Assembly: GCA_013265495.1 (NCBI GenBank) | Contig: MU060042.1 | Location: 5,266,258 to 5,330,257, forward strand | From: Vicugna vicugna | Lineage: Eukaryota | Reading direction: 5' to 3' | Length of the DNA: 64,000 bases | In this document: positions 24,261 through 36,670 of the stretch, piece by piece | How positions within the stretch are numbered: position 1 is the stretch's first letter | Layout of the letters: every line of letters begins with the position of its first letter | Program-made: the position numbers and the translations under genes | The notes under the pieces: generated by a model | Told to the model about the DNA's origin: nothing | Database searches by the model: none | The model's input: the letters and a program-made list of their open reading frames with translations, nothing else

Positions 24261-27200
24261 CTGAACTAATTTATCTCCAAGCAAAGTGGCACCTTTTGGG
24301 GTGTCAGGGGTGCGTCTCAGCAACATATGGGCGTCGCCCATTAGGAAACCTTCTCCCTGGTCTGTGCACACAGAACAAAGGAAACACAGACACAAGGTGG
24401 CTGGGGAGACACAGCTCTGCCGGAGCGTCCTTGGAGCCCGCAGCACGGTGGTCCCCACGCCCGGTCACAGCAGACTGATCCGGGAAAGGAAATGGGTGTC
24501 ACTTCCATCAGGGTCTGCGAGACACAAGCAGCCTTCAGGATGCCCGCTCCTGTCGGGACAGGGCCCCGCTTCCCCTGGCAGAGCCTGGCGGGGCCACCGG
24601 GCCGTCCCTTGACCGCATCCTCCCTGTGCTCGCATCACATCCTAAGTAATTGTCCAGTGAGACACAGATGATGGCAGTCAGAGCACGCCCCATCCCTGGA
24701 GCTCTCAGCGCTAGCTTGGTGAACTGAGCCAGAACAGTCCCCTGCATGAGTTTCTGGATTAAGAACTGATGACGGGTGAAGGCGGTAGGACAGAATAGCG
24801 CGAGGCTGCAAAGCATTTTCTGGTCTCTGTTTCTTTAAGCTTCAACATGAAGCCAAAAACAGAAAGTATTTCTTAAAAATATCATTTGCTCATTATTTTT
24901 TTTTTTTTTGGATTTACTTCTGACTTGCAACCAAGGAGTTAAATTGTCCTTCAGAAAGTGGGATCCCCACCGCGGAGCACAGCCCCGTCCACATGGATAG
25001 TTCTACAGATGGAAAGAGCAGAGAGAGGTCCTGGCGTTTCTGCCCGAGACATGAGCTCAGAAGTCACTGAGTCAGAGCGTTCAAGGCACAGTCTAGTCCT
25101 GGTCCAGCCAAAACCCAAACACACGCGTCACACTGACAGGCTACAGGTGCGCTAAACAAACAGTGCCACGCACTGTTCCTGGCCTTGAGGGACACAGCTG
25201 GTGTGACAGCCTGGCTCTGATTTTACTAATCAGTGCACTTTTGGACCCTTCCTGCTCTCACTCATCCAGTGTCTGAGCATCCACTAAGCACCACACTGGG
25301 CCAGGCACTGGGCACACCGACAGCCCCGCGCTCGCCACCAGAACCTTCGTTTTCGATCTAGAACAAATGAACCAGACAGCGAGGCTCAGGACGCACCAGC
25401 CCCGGGCCGCGGGGCTGGGGCGGTCTGCCTTGGAGCTGAGGACCCAGCTGTGCGCTATGGAGCAAGGAGACACCGCGGCCCAGAGAGACCTGCCTGTGCC
25501 TCCTCCCGGCCCCTCCTCTGTCCTGTCGTGTCGTTTCCGTCTGTCTGTGCCCTCCTCTCCAAGTTCTGTCAGGAGGAGGCCCCACCGGCACCCAGATGGC
25601 CGCCTGGGAAGTGACGTGCTGAGGCAGAGGCAGAAGCTGTCTTCCAGGACCAGGAGAGCCAGCGCTGACAACAGTGAAGGTGACGGTCATTGTCTGAACG
25701 TTCTCTTAAAAACAGTTTCCGTCCAATGGACGTCTTAGTATAGTCGCTGAGTTCTGTGTGGTTAAAGAGCACGCACACTCAGTGAGGCCGTGTGGCTGTG
25801 GCAAAAGCGACGTTTACTATTTCTCCTATGTAGTCTCTGGGGACTGCGCTCCTCCATACAGTCTAAACCTTGATATGTGACATGTTTTATAGTGAATGAA
25901 ATGCAAAAAAAAAGCAAAAACAAACAAAACACCCCCGAGATCACCACGAATAAGACCGAGTTCAGGTCACAGAAAGCAGTCTCTCTGCTACTGCATTTCC
26001 AACATGGGACCTGTGTTTCCACAGAGCTCTTTGCTGTGTCGTGAGAACTGGACCAGAACCAGGCCCATCTGCAGCAGCCACGCCGCTGGAGGGACACTGC
26101 CCGCCCGGCGGCTGTCCCCAGCTCAGAGTGCCTCTGAGCCGCCTCCTCCCCCTTCCCTGCAGACCGCGTGGCCTCTGATGAAGGCAGGAGAAGCCGAGCA
26201 TGCTCTCGTCATTTGCGAGGTAGACGGTCACGAGGATGAGCACAAGGAGGACAGGGTCCCGCCGGGACGCTCCCGCCAGCACCCAGAGCTGGTCCCCGCG
26301 GTCAAGGCCAGGTGCCGGGGGGCTCTGTCCTCCACGACGGATGCCCTGAATACGCACAGACAGCGGTGGGAAAGCTGCTTCAGCGCACACAGGATGGCAG
26401 CCAGCCTCCCTCCTGTGCCGGGGGCCGTGCTGCCCGTGGAGCCGAGGGCTCCCCGGGTCCCCGCTCCTTCTTCTAAAGGACCCTGGGTCATGGGGAGCCA
26501 CCTCACAGCCCGGATGCTCCTCTCAGAGCGCTGGCAGCGTGCGTGTACAACACCCCCTTCACAGCAGGGCGGTCTGCTACCTGGGGGCTACGGGACGATC
26601 GAGGTATTTGCTGTTGGCCGACAAATCATCTGAAAGCCAGCAACTGAAAGGGGACGACAGACCCCCTGGAACTCTCAAGCACCAGCGTCGCAGAACCCCA
26701 GACTCCGGGAAGGTTTCAGCTTACTGCTGTGCTGGCGAAGGATCTTTAGAAATGTTTTCAGCAAATGATCCTCCCCAAACGGCTTTATACACGTGTGACC
26801 TCACTAAAGGAATTTGGCTTGGGGATTCATTTCCGCTTTAACAGTGAAAATTTGTTCCTGAATCCATCTTCTCCAGCCCCACGAAAATAGACTAAATCAC
26901 AGAATGATTACTGAGAATAAGGAACTATCAAAATCTGATCATTTGAGCACAGTTTCATTTTGGGGGCAAAATCCAGGGCTGCAATCGCATCTGCCTCGTG
27001 CAGTCAGACGCTTTCCCTAATAATCTGTGTTCCTCTCTCATTAATATGTTTTCTAGAGCTTGACTTGCCTGATCTTACTTTTAATATTTTTTCACTCTTG
27101 CTCCAAGGATTATCTGTGCTGTTTCTCTGCAGAGAGAAGCCCTGAGTGCCGCCTCCGGCGGGTGCAGGGACACTGGAGAATTCCAGAGCAGGACGTGCCC

Positions 27201-29015
27201 CACGGCGTGCAGCCCTTGGGACGTGGACGCACCGGTTTCTGCCCTGGATTCCAAGGCCGCCTCCTTTCACAGGCGCATTTGTTAGGTGATTAATTTCAGG
27301 AATCCACGCTGCTCCCCGTAACTGAAACGGTGACTGTTTTGACCATTCTGATGCAGAAATCTAGGAAAACAGTCATCAGAATCGGGGACAGAGGTCTGAA
27401 ATCCCTGGCAGGCTTTGCGAGGGATAATAAAGATGCGGAGAACTATAAAAGCAGGTGATTTAGAGGAAGGCAAGTGTTTGAGCACAGCTGGTATTTTAAA
27501 ATCTGACATTATTTTCAGTATTTATTTTAAATCTCCATGCTTAAATTGATTTAAGAAGGTCAAAGAATGTGCCCTTTTTTTCCCGGCTTACACAGAGAGG
27601 ATTGGATGCCCCTAAAATATAAAGAAAGGAAGAACAGCCTTGGCTGACTTGAAAAAAGGAAGGACGGCCCCTGCACAAGGGGGTCCCCAGAGCAACCACT
27701 GACGGTGAGTCCGAAAATCAAGAACAAGCGAGAAAAGGGAAACTAGAACATCGCAGCCACGCATGTCCCCTTCCGTGGTGCCGCGCCCGCACCGTCCAAG
27801 ACGCGTCCCCACCGTCCCCGGCCGTGCAGGCTGTGTCACTGGGGCTGCCAGGACCCTCAGCGTCGCGGCCGTCCTGTATGCAAGCCTGGGGTGCGTTCCC
27901 ACGGCTTGTCAAAACAATCCTGAAATCCCATTTCCCTTTAATAAAGTACAGTCCTGTCCCCCACATGCATGCGTGAATAAGATGTCATCCTCTGTTTTGG
28001 TTCCCGGCTGCACCCCGCTGATGCTCTCAGGCAGCGGGAAAATTACCTTATTGAAACGTGCTGCTGGCGGCGACTGCGGGCCACGTTCCTGCATCAGCAT
28101 TACACACATGACATATTCGGAGACCTTTGAGTAAGACTATGAATATCAAGTGATTGAAAAGATTATACAGGCTCAGGGTTTTTTCTGGGGGGGGTAGAAA
28201 AGGTTGTGGTTCTGGATGAGTGTCTTTCAGATCAATACCATTATGTCATAAAAACGTGTCGCAAAATAGTTCACTTCACGGCTTTTCCTCTGCCTGCTCT
28301 CCCTCGGCTCCGGGTCCGCGGTGGGCAGTAGCTGTGCGGCCAGCGGTGCCTCTGTATGTCCTGATTCCCCCCAAACACGGGGGTGTTCCCGGTCTTCTCT
28401 ACGGCAGGCATCCGAGGAGCCCCTGCGTGTGTGTCGGGAGACCGTGGGAATCACACGTGTCAGCCTGCAGCAGCAGCTGAGACGCGGAGGCGCCCGAGGG
28501 CACGTGCGTGCACACACCCACACACGCACGTGTGCAGAAGCGTGCTGCCTCCCAGAGAATGAGGAGGCTGCTAAAGCAGTCGGCAGAGGTGGGAACTGGC
28601 ATTCGGAGGGGCCGTGCGTCCCCTGATGAGCTGAGCTACGCCTGGCCCGGGTGTGGCTCCAGGTCACCCTCCCCACCACGCCAACCTCGCGGGCCTGGCC
28701 CATGTCCCCACCGAGAGAGCAGAGCTGAGCGGCTACCCCTCAGGGGCCTGGAGCCCAGGAGCCTCGGGGGAAGCGAGCATCTTCCCAGAAGAGGGAACTG
28801 GGGGAAACAGCGCCCGCCAGGCCTTGACAGAGACCCGCGGCTCACACCGTCTGCCCCGCTGGTCACCAGGGCGACCGCGCTCCGTCCACCACCTCCTGCC
28901 CGGATGCGTCCAAAGCCGATTTGTAGTCCCCCTCTCAGGATGCAGTTCAAAAGCACCACTTCTGGGTAAAGGTCTATTCTTCCACCAGAAAGAACCAGGG
29001 CGCGATTATCCTCAC

Positions 29016-29037
29016 CTTAACACACAGCGTTTGTTTT
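29016..29037 (-). other. Candidate 22-nt microexon just downstream of the CpG-island promoter
   Basis: Minus strand reads gtatttgtgttcttttaacag|AAAACAAACGCTGTGTGTTAAG|gtgagg, with strong acceptor and donor; a possible first-exon donor CAG|GTGCGG lies at 29312. Confidence 0.35.
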
Positions 29038-29159
29038 CTGTTAAAAGAACACAAATACCGTCCGACAAAAACCCACCTCTGTCTGCTCGGTCCAAGCTGC
29101 ACGGTTCGTACCCACCACTTAAAGGAGGAAATGCAAACGTTCAGGAGAGAAACGGTCCT

Positions 29160-29720
29160 TGGACTCCGGGGGGCGGGGTTTAAGGCCAGCGGCCACCGCG
29201 TCCCGCTCAGCAACCCCGGGAGCTCCTCCCGAGCAGCGACCCCGCGTGGGGCCGGGGCGCCTCCGCCTGGCTGTGAGGGGAGGGGCTGCACCACCCCGCG
29301 CCGCCCCGCACCTGCGTCCCGGGGCCTCCCGGAGCCCGCTCTCAGCAGCACCGGGGCCTCCCCAGACGCGCCGTCTTCTGCTCAGACGCGTTCACACCCC
29401 GTGGGACTCGCGCGGGAAGACCCGCGGCGAGCAGCCGCGACCGTCAGAGGCCCAGCAGCAGGCCTTCGGGGCCCGTGCGGCCCGTGGCGCCAACGCCCTC
29501 GTGCGCGTGAGGCTCAGCAGCCCGGAGCCAGCGCCCTCCTCCGCGCATGCGCCCCCGGGGTGGGGCGGCCGGCTGGGCTAGGCCCCCCGCGGGCCCGGAG
29601 GCGGAAACCCCTCCCCTTACAGAAGCGGACCCGAGACTTTTAAGTGCGCACATCCCTGGGCTTCTTATTTGTTCTGTTCACTTTATAGACACGGAAGTCC
29701 CCTCCCTCACTTCCTCTGAC
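29160..29720. promoter_or_regulatory. CpG-island, housekeeping-type promoter (possibly bidirectional)
   Basis: Densest CpG stretch in the window. NRF1 palindrome GCGCATGCGC 29543-29552; GC/KLF boxes GGGGCGGGG near 29170 and GGGGTGGGGCGG 29557-29568; ETS-type ACGGAAGT 29691-29698 and CACTTCCTCT 29708-29717; no TATA box. Confidence 0.75.
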
Positions 29721-30905
29721 TTGAGATCCGACCGTTTCACGATGAGTGTATTGCATCGGTGTCTATAAAGGTAAATCACTGCAGCGTACCCCTCCCCCCG
29801 AGGATGTCTGTGGGCCACGGGCCTGTGTTAGGCCCCAGGGTAAATAGGCACCACAGTATCGCTCTTCCTGTCGTAAACGCCGGGGCTGGGCCGGAGCCTG
29901 CGTGGACCCGCCGGCACCGCCCCAGCCCGGGCGGGGCCGAGCCCTCCTGCATGGTCCCGTGCGCTCAGCAGCCTCAGTCTCTTCCCTACTTCTGACTGTT
30001 TTTAGTCCAGATCCTCTTCATCACCAGGGCAATGCAACGTTCGAGGGCAGTGTTCAGCCTTCCCAGCCCGGACGGCCTGCTCGTGTAAGCTGGTCACAGG
30101 GCACAGCCCCTGCTTCAAATGCCCACTCCGTCTCTCCTCTTCAGTCGGACCCACCCCCTCCTGCCCCTGCAGTGCACACACGACTGGGCCATAAACCACG
30201 GTCTGACACCCGCACTCTGCTTGGCTTCCGCCCCGTCCGACACCATGATCACGAAGACACTCCAACCAGGGGCTGCCCAGACGGCAGCTCCCGGAGGAGG
30301 GCAGCTCCGGCCGGGCGCACATGCCTCTGCTCTGCGAGCTCGCTCCACCACGCTGTGCGAACTCTGTCCTCAGAGCTTCCCTCGCTGGTGGGAATTGCAA
30401 CCCGGGACACCTGGAGCTACTTTTGTCCCTGAAAGCACAGATCCCGCGTGGTTCTGGACCGGGTGGAGTCTGGTGCGTGTTTCGGGGGATGGGGAGGAAG
30501 CCCCCCGGGGGTGGGGGACGTGGAGGAGCCCAGAGCTGGGATGCTGGGGCCCGGACCCAGGGATGGTGGCAGGGCCTCCCAGCCCCGAGGTGGCTGCGCA
30601 GAACCCTCCACCCTCAGGGACACATGACGTGGGAGGACAGTGAAAGCCACTCGGGGGACAGAGAACACAGCAGCCCCTCCCGCAGACCTGCGTCCCCAAA
30701 GCCGCCACCAGCCGTTCTCCCTGGAACTGAAGGGGAGTTCAAGCACCAGGGCCCTCGCAGTCGGAGCCCAGTCACGTGGGCGACGGCGTGAAATTTTACT
30801 GCAAAATATCCTTTTTTTTTTATTTGAAAAGACAAATTATTAGCATTTTTAAACAATTTCAATATGTTTAATGGCTGAAAGTTAAGCTCAGACTGTTCCG
30901 CTTAC

Positions 30906-31085
30906 NNNNNNNNNNNNNNNNNNNNNNNNNNNNNNNNNNNNNNNNNNNNNNNNNNNNNNNNNNNNNNNNNNNNNNNNNNNNNNNNNNNNNNNNNNNNNNN
31001 NNNNNNNNNNNNNNNNNNNNNNNNNNNNNNNNNNNNNNNNNNNNNNNNNNNNNNNNNNNNNNNNNNNNNNNNNNNNNNNNNNNNN
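30906..31085. other. N run (180 nt)
   Basis: Directly visible; flanked by non-repeat AT-rich sequence. Confidence 0.95.
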
Positions 31086-31131
31086 TAGGGACATTGTGTC
31101 ACGAAACATTGGCTGGAAGTAGCAGTTGCAA

Positions 31132-31271
31132 NNNNNNNNNNNNNNNNNNNNNNNNNNNNNNNNNNNNNNNNNNNNNNNNNNNNNNNNNNNNNNNNNNNNN
31201 NNNNNNNNNNNNNNNNNNNNNNNNNNNNNNNNNNNNNNNNNNNNNNNNNNNNNNNNNNNNNNNNNNNNNNN
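31132..31271. other. N run (140 nt)
   Basis: Directly visible; only 46 nt from the previous run. Confidence 0.95.
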
Positions 31272-31849
31272 CCGACGCTCGCTGCTCGCAGGACGGCAGC
31301 CTGGCTCACTTCTGCTGGCTGTGCGACCCTCTGGAGCGTTGAGCAACATAAGAAAAAATCTGTTTCTTACACTTTTGAATTTTAATGATCCATTTGAACT
31401 CTGCCATCAACATTTAATTATTCCAGAAAAAAAAAGTCCCAGCCATGACTCCCATATGGTATGTTGGCAAACACACGTGCCCGCAGAGACGCCCACACCT
31501 CTCCCAGCAGCTCTGCCGAGAGACTGAACGCAGACTTTTTCCCCCTGAATACAGGCTTTTTTTTTTTAATAGTGTTTGCAAATACAGACCAGATGAAGCT
31601 GCACAGAAGAGGTTACTGGGATTCTACTGAGACACTGTTAGGAGCAGCTGAACCGAGTCTCAGAATGTCGCAGTGGATTTGATCGTGCGATGTCTATGTG
31701 GGACTTGCGGTGTTTGTGCAGAAGGCCTGGGCAATCAGCTGGCGTTCAGCTAAGCCTTGTTGCCAAAAATGCCCCCAGCCTTTTTTTTTAAGATATAGGG
31801 GGCAGGATAGGGGAGGTGTTTACACAAAAAGCTGTTTTTTCTGTATATG

Positions 31850-32030
31850 TTCTTTCAGAAGTACAGTCAGTTTGCAATGCTGTGTCAGTTTCGGGCGTGC
31901 AGCACAGTGCTCCAGTCACACATGAACATGCGTATATTAATTTCCAGATTCCTTTTCACCGTGAGGTACGGCAAGATACTGACTACAGGTCCCTGTGCTG
32001 TCCAGCATGAACTTGTTGTTTATCTAACAG
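31850..32030 (-). mobile_element. L1 3' end, antisense (camelid-type)
   Basis: gaagtacagtcagtttgcaatgctgtgtcagtttcgggcgtgcagcacagtgctccagtcacacatgaacat...ccctgtgctgtccagcatgaacttgttgtttatct. Confidence 0.88.
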
Positions 32031-33099
32031 AAATCTTCCTACTGGCTTGACAGGCAGGGTCCCTGGCAAATTAGGCTGTTGGGTGTGATACACAGGTATT
32101 TGTACACATCAACACAAATCGTGTGCAACTGTTTACGCTCAGACACCTCAAGGATTAAATCATCGCTGTGGACGGGTTCGGGGTGGGGGGCAGAAATGCA
32201 TTCAGGGAGACAACCGCAGTTTGTTAAAATATCATTCCAAACCCGGTGGCACCTTCTGCAGCCTGGGGAGAGCCTGCGACACACTGTAAAACAGCGTGGG
32301 GGAAGAGCTACCAGCCCGGACATGGTGGGTCCGCAGACACGTCAGAATCCCAGAAAGTGCGTTCCCCAAGGGCCAGCGCTCCCACGGTCAGTTCCATACA
32401 AATCGCAAAAAAAAAAAAAAAAAAAATTGGGGAAGGAAAGTGATTTAAACGTTGGAGCAGCTTCTCGTGACATAAATCATACGGGGTTCCCGCTCCTTGC
32501 AGGTCGCTCATATCATAAGGACCAAACCTCTCCGCTGGGGAGGCAGTCTGGAGGCAAAATGGGAACAAGCAAGGGAGGGATTACACCGCATGGAACAGAA
32601 CAATGAATTAGGATGCACGACCACCATCAGGTTTTTTTTTTTTTTTCCTAGATAATCTTTGTTATCCTTTTTGCAGGGACTGCACATTTTTAGAGAATTC
32701 CAGAGCAATACCCAAAAATCCCATGAAGGTGAGCTGTTAAAATAGATGTTGCCTTTTGCTTTGAAACTAATGCAGGAGCAGAAACAGAGAATGGGGCTTA
32801 GCAGCGCCGGTGCGTACCCGTGAGGACTGGAGTGAACCAGGAGCACGGGTAGTAATACAGATTTTTGTTTTGATTTGCTAACAGGAGTTAAAATTGCGTG
32901 CCTGTGAGTCAGGGTACTGGCTAAAACAAAGTGTTATTGGCACTGAACAACAGGCAGTGATGTTTACGAGCAGGGGTGGTCACAAACACGGGACGACGTG
33001 TTTAGCAAAATTCTTGAAGATGTACTTGGCTGATAATTGATGCTGTGAACAAAGTGAGAGTCGTAAAACCTGGAACATCTTTAAAGAGAGGGGAGGGAA

Positions 33100-34130
33100 A
33101 GTCCAACGTGAGTCGCAGCAAATCCTCGCAGAGCATAAGCAGCCCTCACGCCCACCGAGCCAGCCGGCTCCCCGGCAGCGCGCGGCGAGGCCGGGCCGTC
33201 TGTCTGCTCGGGGCGCTCGGCGCGCGCAGGCTGCTCAGCGCCCAGGACCGGAGCAGCGGCACTCCTGTGAAGGCACTTGATTATCTCCAATTTTGTTTCC
33301 AGATCGCTTTCAAATAATGATCTAAAAGCCATTCTTAAGCAGCCGTTTAAAAGCACCTTGAGAATTCATTTTAACGGCGAGGGTACCGCATAATTGAAGT
33401 TTTCTCATACGAACTCTTGAGGAACGGCTGGCTGCAGACCCAGCGCGTCGTCAGCAGACGGAGCCGTCCGTGCCCCGTCCACACTGGGGCTTCAAACCGC
33501 TCTGTGCCAAACCAGTTCCACCTTTCGCGAGCTGCTGTTATATTTAAATAGATACATCGGAGCATTCATAGGTATCTTTAAAAAAATTTTTCCCCGCTCC
33601 TTAAATTTGGCGAGCATCTGCTGAAACCCATTACAGGCAGTCGCTGCTCTTGCGTGGCTGTGCTGTGATGTACTGTCTTCTTGGTGGAGGTGCTCCCCAC
33701 ACATGCAGAATTCTTCCAGAATTAAAAAGTCTGCTCCTCTAATTGCAGAACAAATTTTCCACAACCCTGTTTGAGAATCCAGCTCTAAGGATTCTCTCAT
33801 CTATTAAACAGATGGCAGATAAGATTGTAAACATATTTGCTTCATATTGAATAGATAGTTTCTGGCGTAATACTAATTAACAAATTAAATGACTGACTTT
33901 CTGCATCACATTAGAGTTAAAAGCACTTTGTAAGTTTGTCTTGGGTAGTTATTTACTTTGACAATAGCACGCAGTGAAAAACTGTTAAATGTTTCCCCAG
34001 CAACATTATGCAGGGAGCAGTTTTCTCTTTCAAAACTCCATATTTTATTATAATTCATTTGACTTTCATTACAGTCACTCATTACAAAATGTATGTGCGT
34101 CTAATCCATTTCCGAAGGCTGCGTACTTTC
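33100..34130. promoter_or_regulatory. Small CpG cluster followed by an AT-rich candidate enhancer
   Basis: CpG-dense 33100-33260. Motifs: CAGATG 33809, AGATAAG 33817, TGTAAACA 33826, CTAATTAAC 33873. No repeat similarity recognised. Confidence 0.45.
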
Positions 34131-34399
34131 ACACCCCATTCCCCGTCTTTGCGATGATGTCTCTGGTCTGTGTGAAAATGCCCAGAACAGGCATCGCCTC
34201 TCCCCACCTCTCGTATTTCAGGGGGGCTGTTCAGGAAAGGGGTCTGCCGTGCCAGCGACGCTGTTGGGGACTGTTTCTGTGCAACTCGCTTAAAGGAACA
34301 CAGCTCCTCGCTTTTCTGCGTCTTCATGGATGCGAGTGAAATCAGCCCAAACTCTTCCCGGATGTTGGTGCACGCGGAGCAGACGGGCCTGGAGAGGTC

Positions 34400-34530
34400 T
34401 GGCTCATTTGCCGCTGTTCTGGGCCCCAGCAAGCTCATCTACAAAATGGGAGCAAAACTCCCCCTCCTCCTGTGGCGGGGGGTCGAGACTCTTAAGTAAA
34501 ACACACGGGCGCGTCACTGCGGGGCACGGT
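34400..34530 (+). mobile_element. MIR fragment
   Basis: ctcatctacaaaatgggagc resembles MIR ctcatctgtaaaatggggat. Confidence 0.55.
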
Positions 34531-34542
34531 GCCACCTGGAGG
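34529..34542 (-). promoter_or_regulatory. CTCF core motif
   Basis: Minus strand CCTCCAGGTGGCAC, 13/14 match to CCRSYAGRKGGCRS. Confidence 0.45.
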
Positions 34543-36299
34543 GGTCACCCCAGAATGAAGGGGGCAGGCATTTTGTTTTGCTGGAGACATGGATGTGCTG
34601 ACTCTACCTGGAATGACCCGAATGCCTCAGAGCTCACCGGCGTTGCAGGAAAAAGAAGTGCAGCCTGAATCACCCGGGCATTCGGTGTCTCCGCCTCGGT
34701 TTATACGCTTCGGCCTAGAGACAGTTTCTCTTTCTTGTTCTTCTTTCCTGTCCTCAGTGCACTTTCTAACAGGAAAAGAAAACATCCTTTTACAAAAAAT
34801 AATGTGAAAGGGCCACCTCCTCAGGTACTTGCTCGCTGGGGACAAGTACAGGGCAGCAAAGTGAGCATGTGTGAGGGGCCACGCCAGACTTACCCGGGTC
34901 TTGTCATCACTGGTGGGTTTAGCAAAACAGATGAGCCAGTGACGTCCCCAGGCAGCTGGTCAGCAGGAGCCACCTCAGAAGGCAAAGTGCACCCACTAGT
35001 TGGCAAACATTCTTTGCCCCGTGATGGAGGAGGTGTCACTGCAGATTACACTGCGAGGGCTACAGAGTTACAACCAGAGGACGGTACAGATATCTCTTCG
35101 GAAGTCAGCAGTGTCATTCAGGCAGTAACCACCAGCAGTCAGCACAAGCAGGAGTCGCTCATGAACGGTTAAGTGTCCCAAATAGGAAAGCAGACACACA
35201 TTGTACGCTAACTATACTTCAGTGAAAAAAAAGAAGAGAAAACTCCAAGCTGCCTCAGTGTCCTCACTTCTGGAATTTCTTAAATCAAGCAGCAAGGTTC
35301 CACCTCAAACACCGTCTCGTACGCCTAGCACTCACGTTCAACACGCGTGCACACTTTTATTCATTCCGGGCGCAGTCTGAAGAGTGCGTCATTTCAGACT
35401 CGGCAACATCCGCCGTCAATGGTCACTTTCCGCCCGCTCTGCGCGTCCCAAGCTGGTGAGACGCTGAGCTGGCTGACGAGGGCCTGCCGCGGAGGGCACG
35501 TCTGTGGGCTGGGGGGCATCGCCTGGCTTCGTGGCCGTGTGCGAAGCAACATAAAAGGCACCTTTCAGTGAAAATTATAACTGGATTCTTCACATATCAT
35601 CCTGGTTCCCTTTTTCACTGCCTAAGATTTTTCGGAAGCTTTCTGTGTATGTGATCATTACTTTGAGCAACGGTCTTTGTCACACACTGAGATGAAGATG
35701 CCTTCTAGTTTCGGGAAGATCTCCGGGAAGCAGACACCTGCCCTGATCAGACCACAGAGGACGGGGGAGGCCACTTGTGTAGCAGGAACAGGAAGGCAGC
35801 GAGCGTGTCCAGCCTCACGGGGGAAACAGCCTCTGAGAGCAGGACGCGGAGTCCAAGGCCGTCCCGAGACTGACAGCTCGCCGTGCCTGCCTCTGCGCCC
35901 CGTGTCTCCTCCCACATCCCAGCCTGGGGCGCTGGGAAGAAAGGTTTTCAGTCTGACAGTTGGGTTTGCGTCTCAGCTTTACTGGGTGAACTTTGGTAAT
36001 TTGCATAGTAAACCTGACCCCGATGGTCACCGACAAGGTGGAAAAGAGGGCCAACACCCCGCGGGGCCGGTCACAGTCCTGCAGGAAACAATGTGCTGAA
36101 AAGAGCTCTGTGCTTCCCATGGACGTCAGTTAGGAGAGTTTTCTAATAAAATGTAGCTTGAGATTTGCTTTTTAAACAGATGCATTTGGCAAAGAAAATG
36201 TGTCTGTAAAAGTGTGCAAGCCACGCTCAGGGGGATTCTGTTCACTCCCCGGGATGGTGTTATCTTGAGACCCTCTCAAGAGTTTGTCCAAATAACTTA

Positions 36300-36670
36300 G
36301 GTCCATAAGACAGAAAGAGAAAGAAAAATGTCACATCACTGATACGTGGAATCTGAACAAAGACACAAATGAACTTATTTACAGAATAGAAAACAGACTC
36401 ACGGTTACTGGGGGGAAAACGGGGGGTGAAGGGATTACCTGGGAGTTCAGGATTTGCAGGTACTAACTACTCTAAATGAAATAGATAAACCACACGTTCC
36501 TTCTGCACAGTATAGGGAGCTACACTCAGTATCTTACAGTCACCCATAACAAGAGAGAATATGAAAACGAACATATAGAGAGAGGTGACTGAGACATGAC
36601 GCTGTGCACCAGAAACAGACACATCACTGAAACTGTACAAATACTCAATTAAAATAATTCAAATTCAAAA
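36300..36670 (+). mobile_element. L1 3' end (camelid-type)
   Basis: tcactgatacgtggaatct...aatgaacttatttacagaatagaaacagactc...gaatatgaaaacgaac...tgactgagacatgacgctgtgcaccagaaac, then an A-rich end. Confidence 0.9.

Noticed and set aside
25159-25177. 8-bp hairpin aacagtgc-cac-gcactgtt and similar 8-bp stems
   Set aside because: About 9 such stems are expected by chance in 64 kb
25896-26633. 245-aa ORF, and the overlapping minus-strand ORF with a hydrophobic LLVLILVTVYL stretch
   Set aside because: Pro/Arg/Ser/Ala-biased, no recognisable domain, and long ORFs on both strands as expected in GC-rich DNA
29016-29600. Assignment of the promoter to a known gene (considered C10orf143, MGMT, ZNF407, EXOC2, TMEM18 and others)
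   Set aside because: No exon or neighbouring-gene sequence matched what I recall of these loci; no gene symbol assigned
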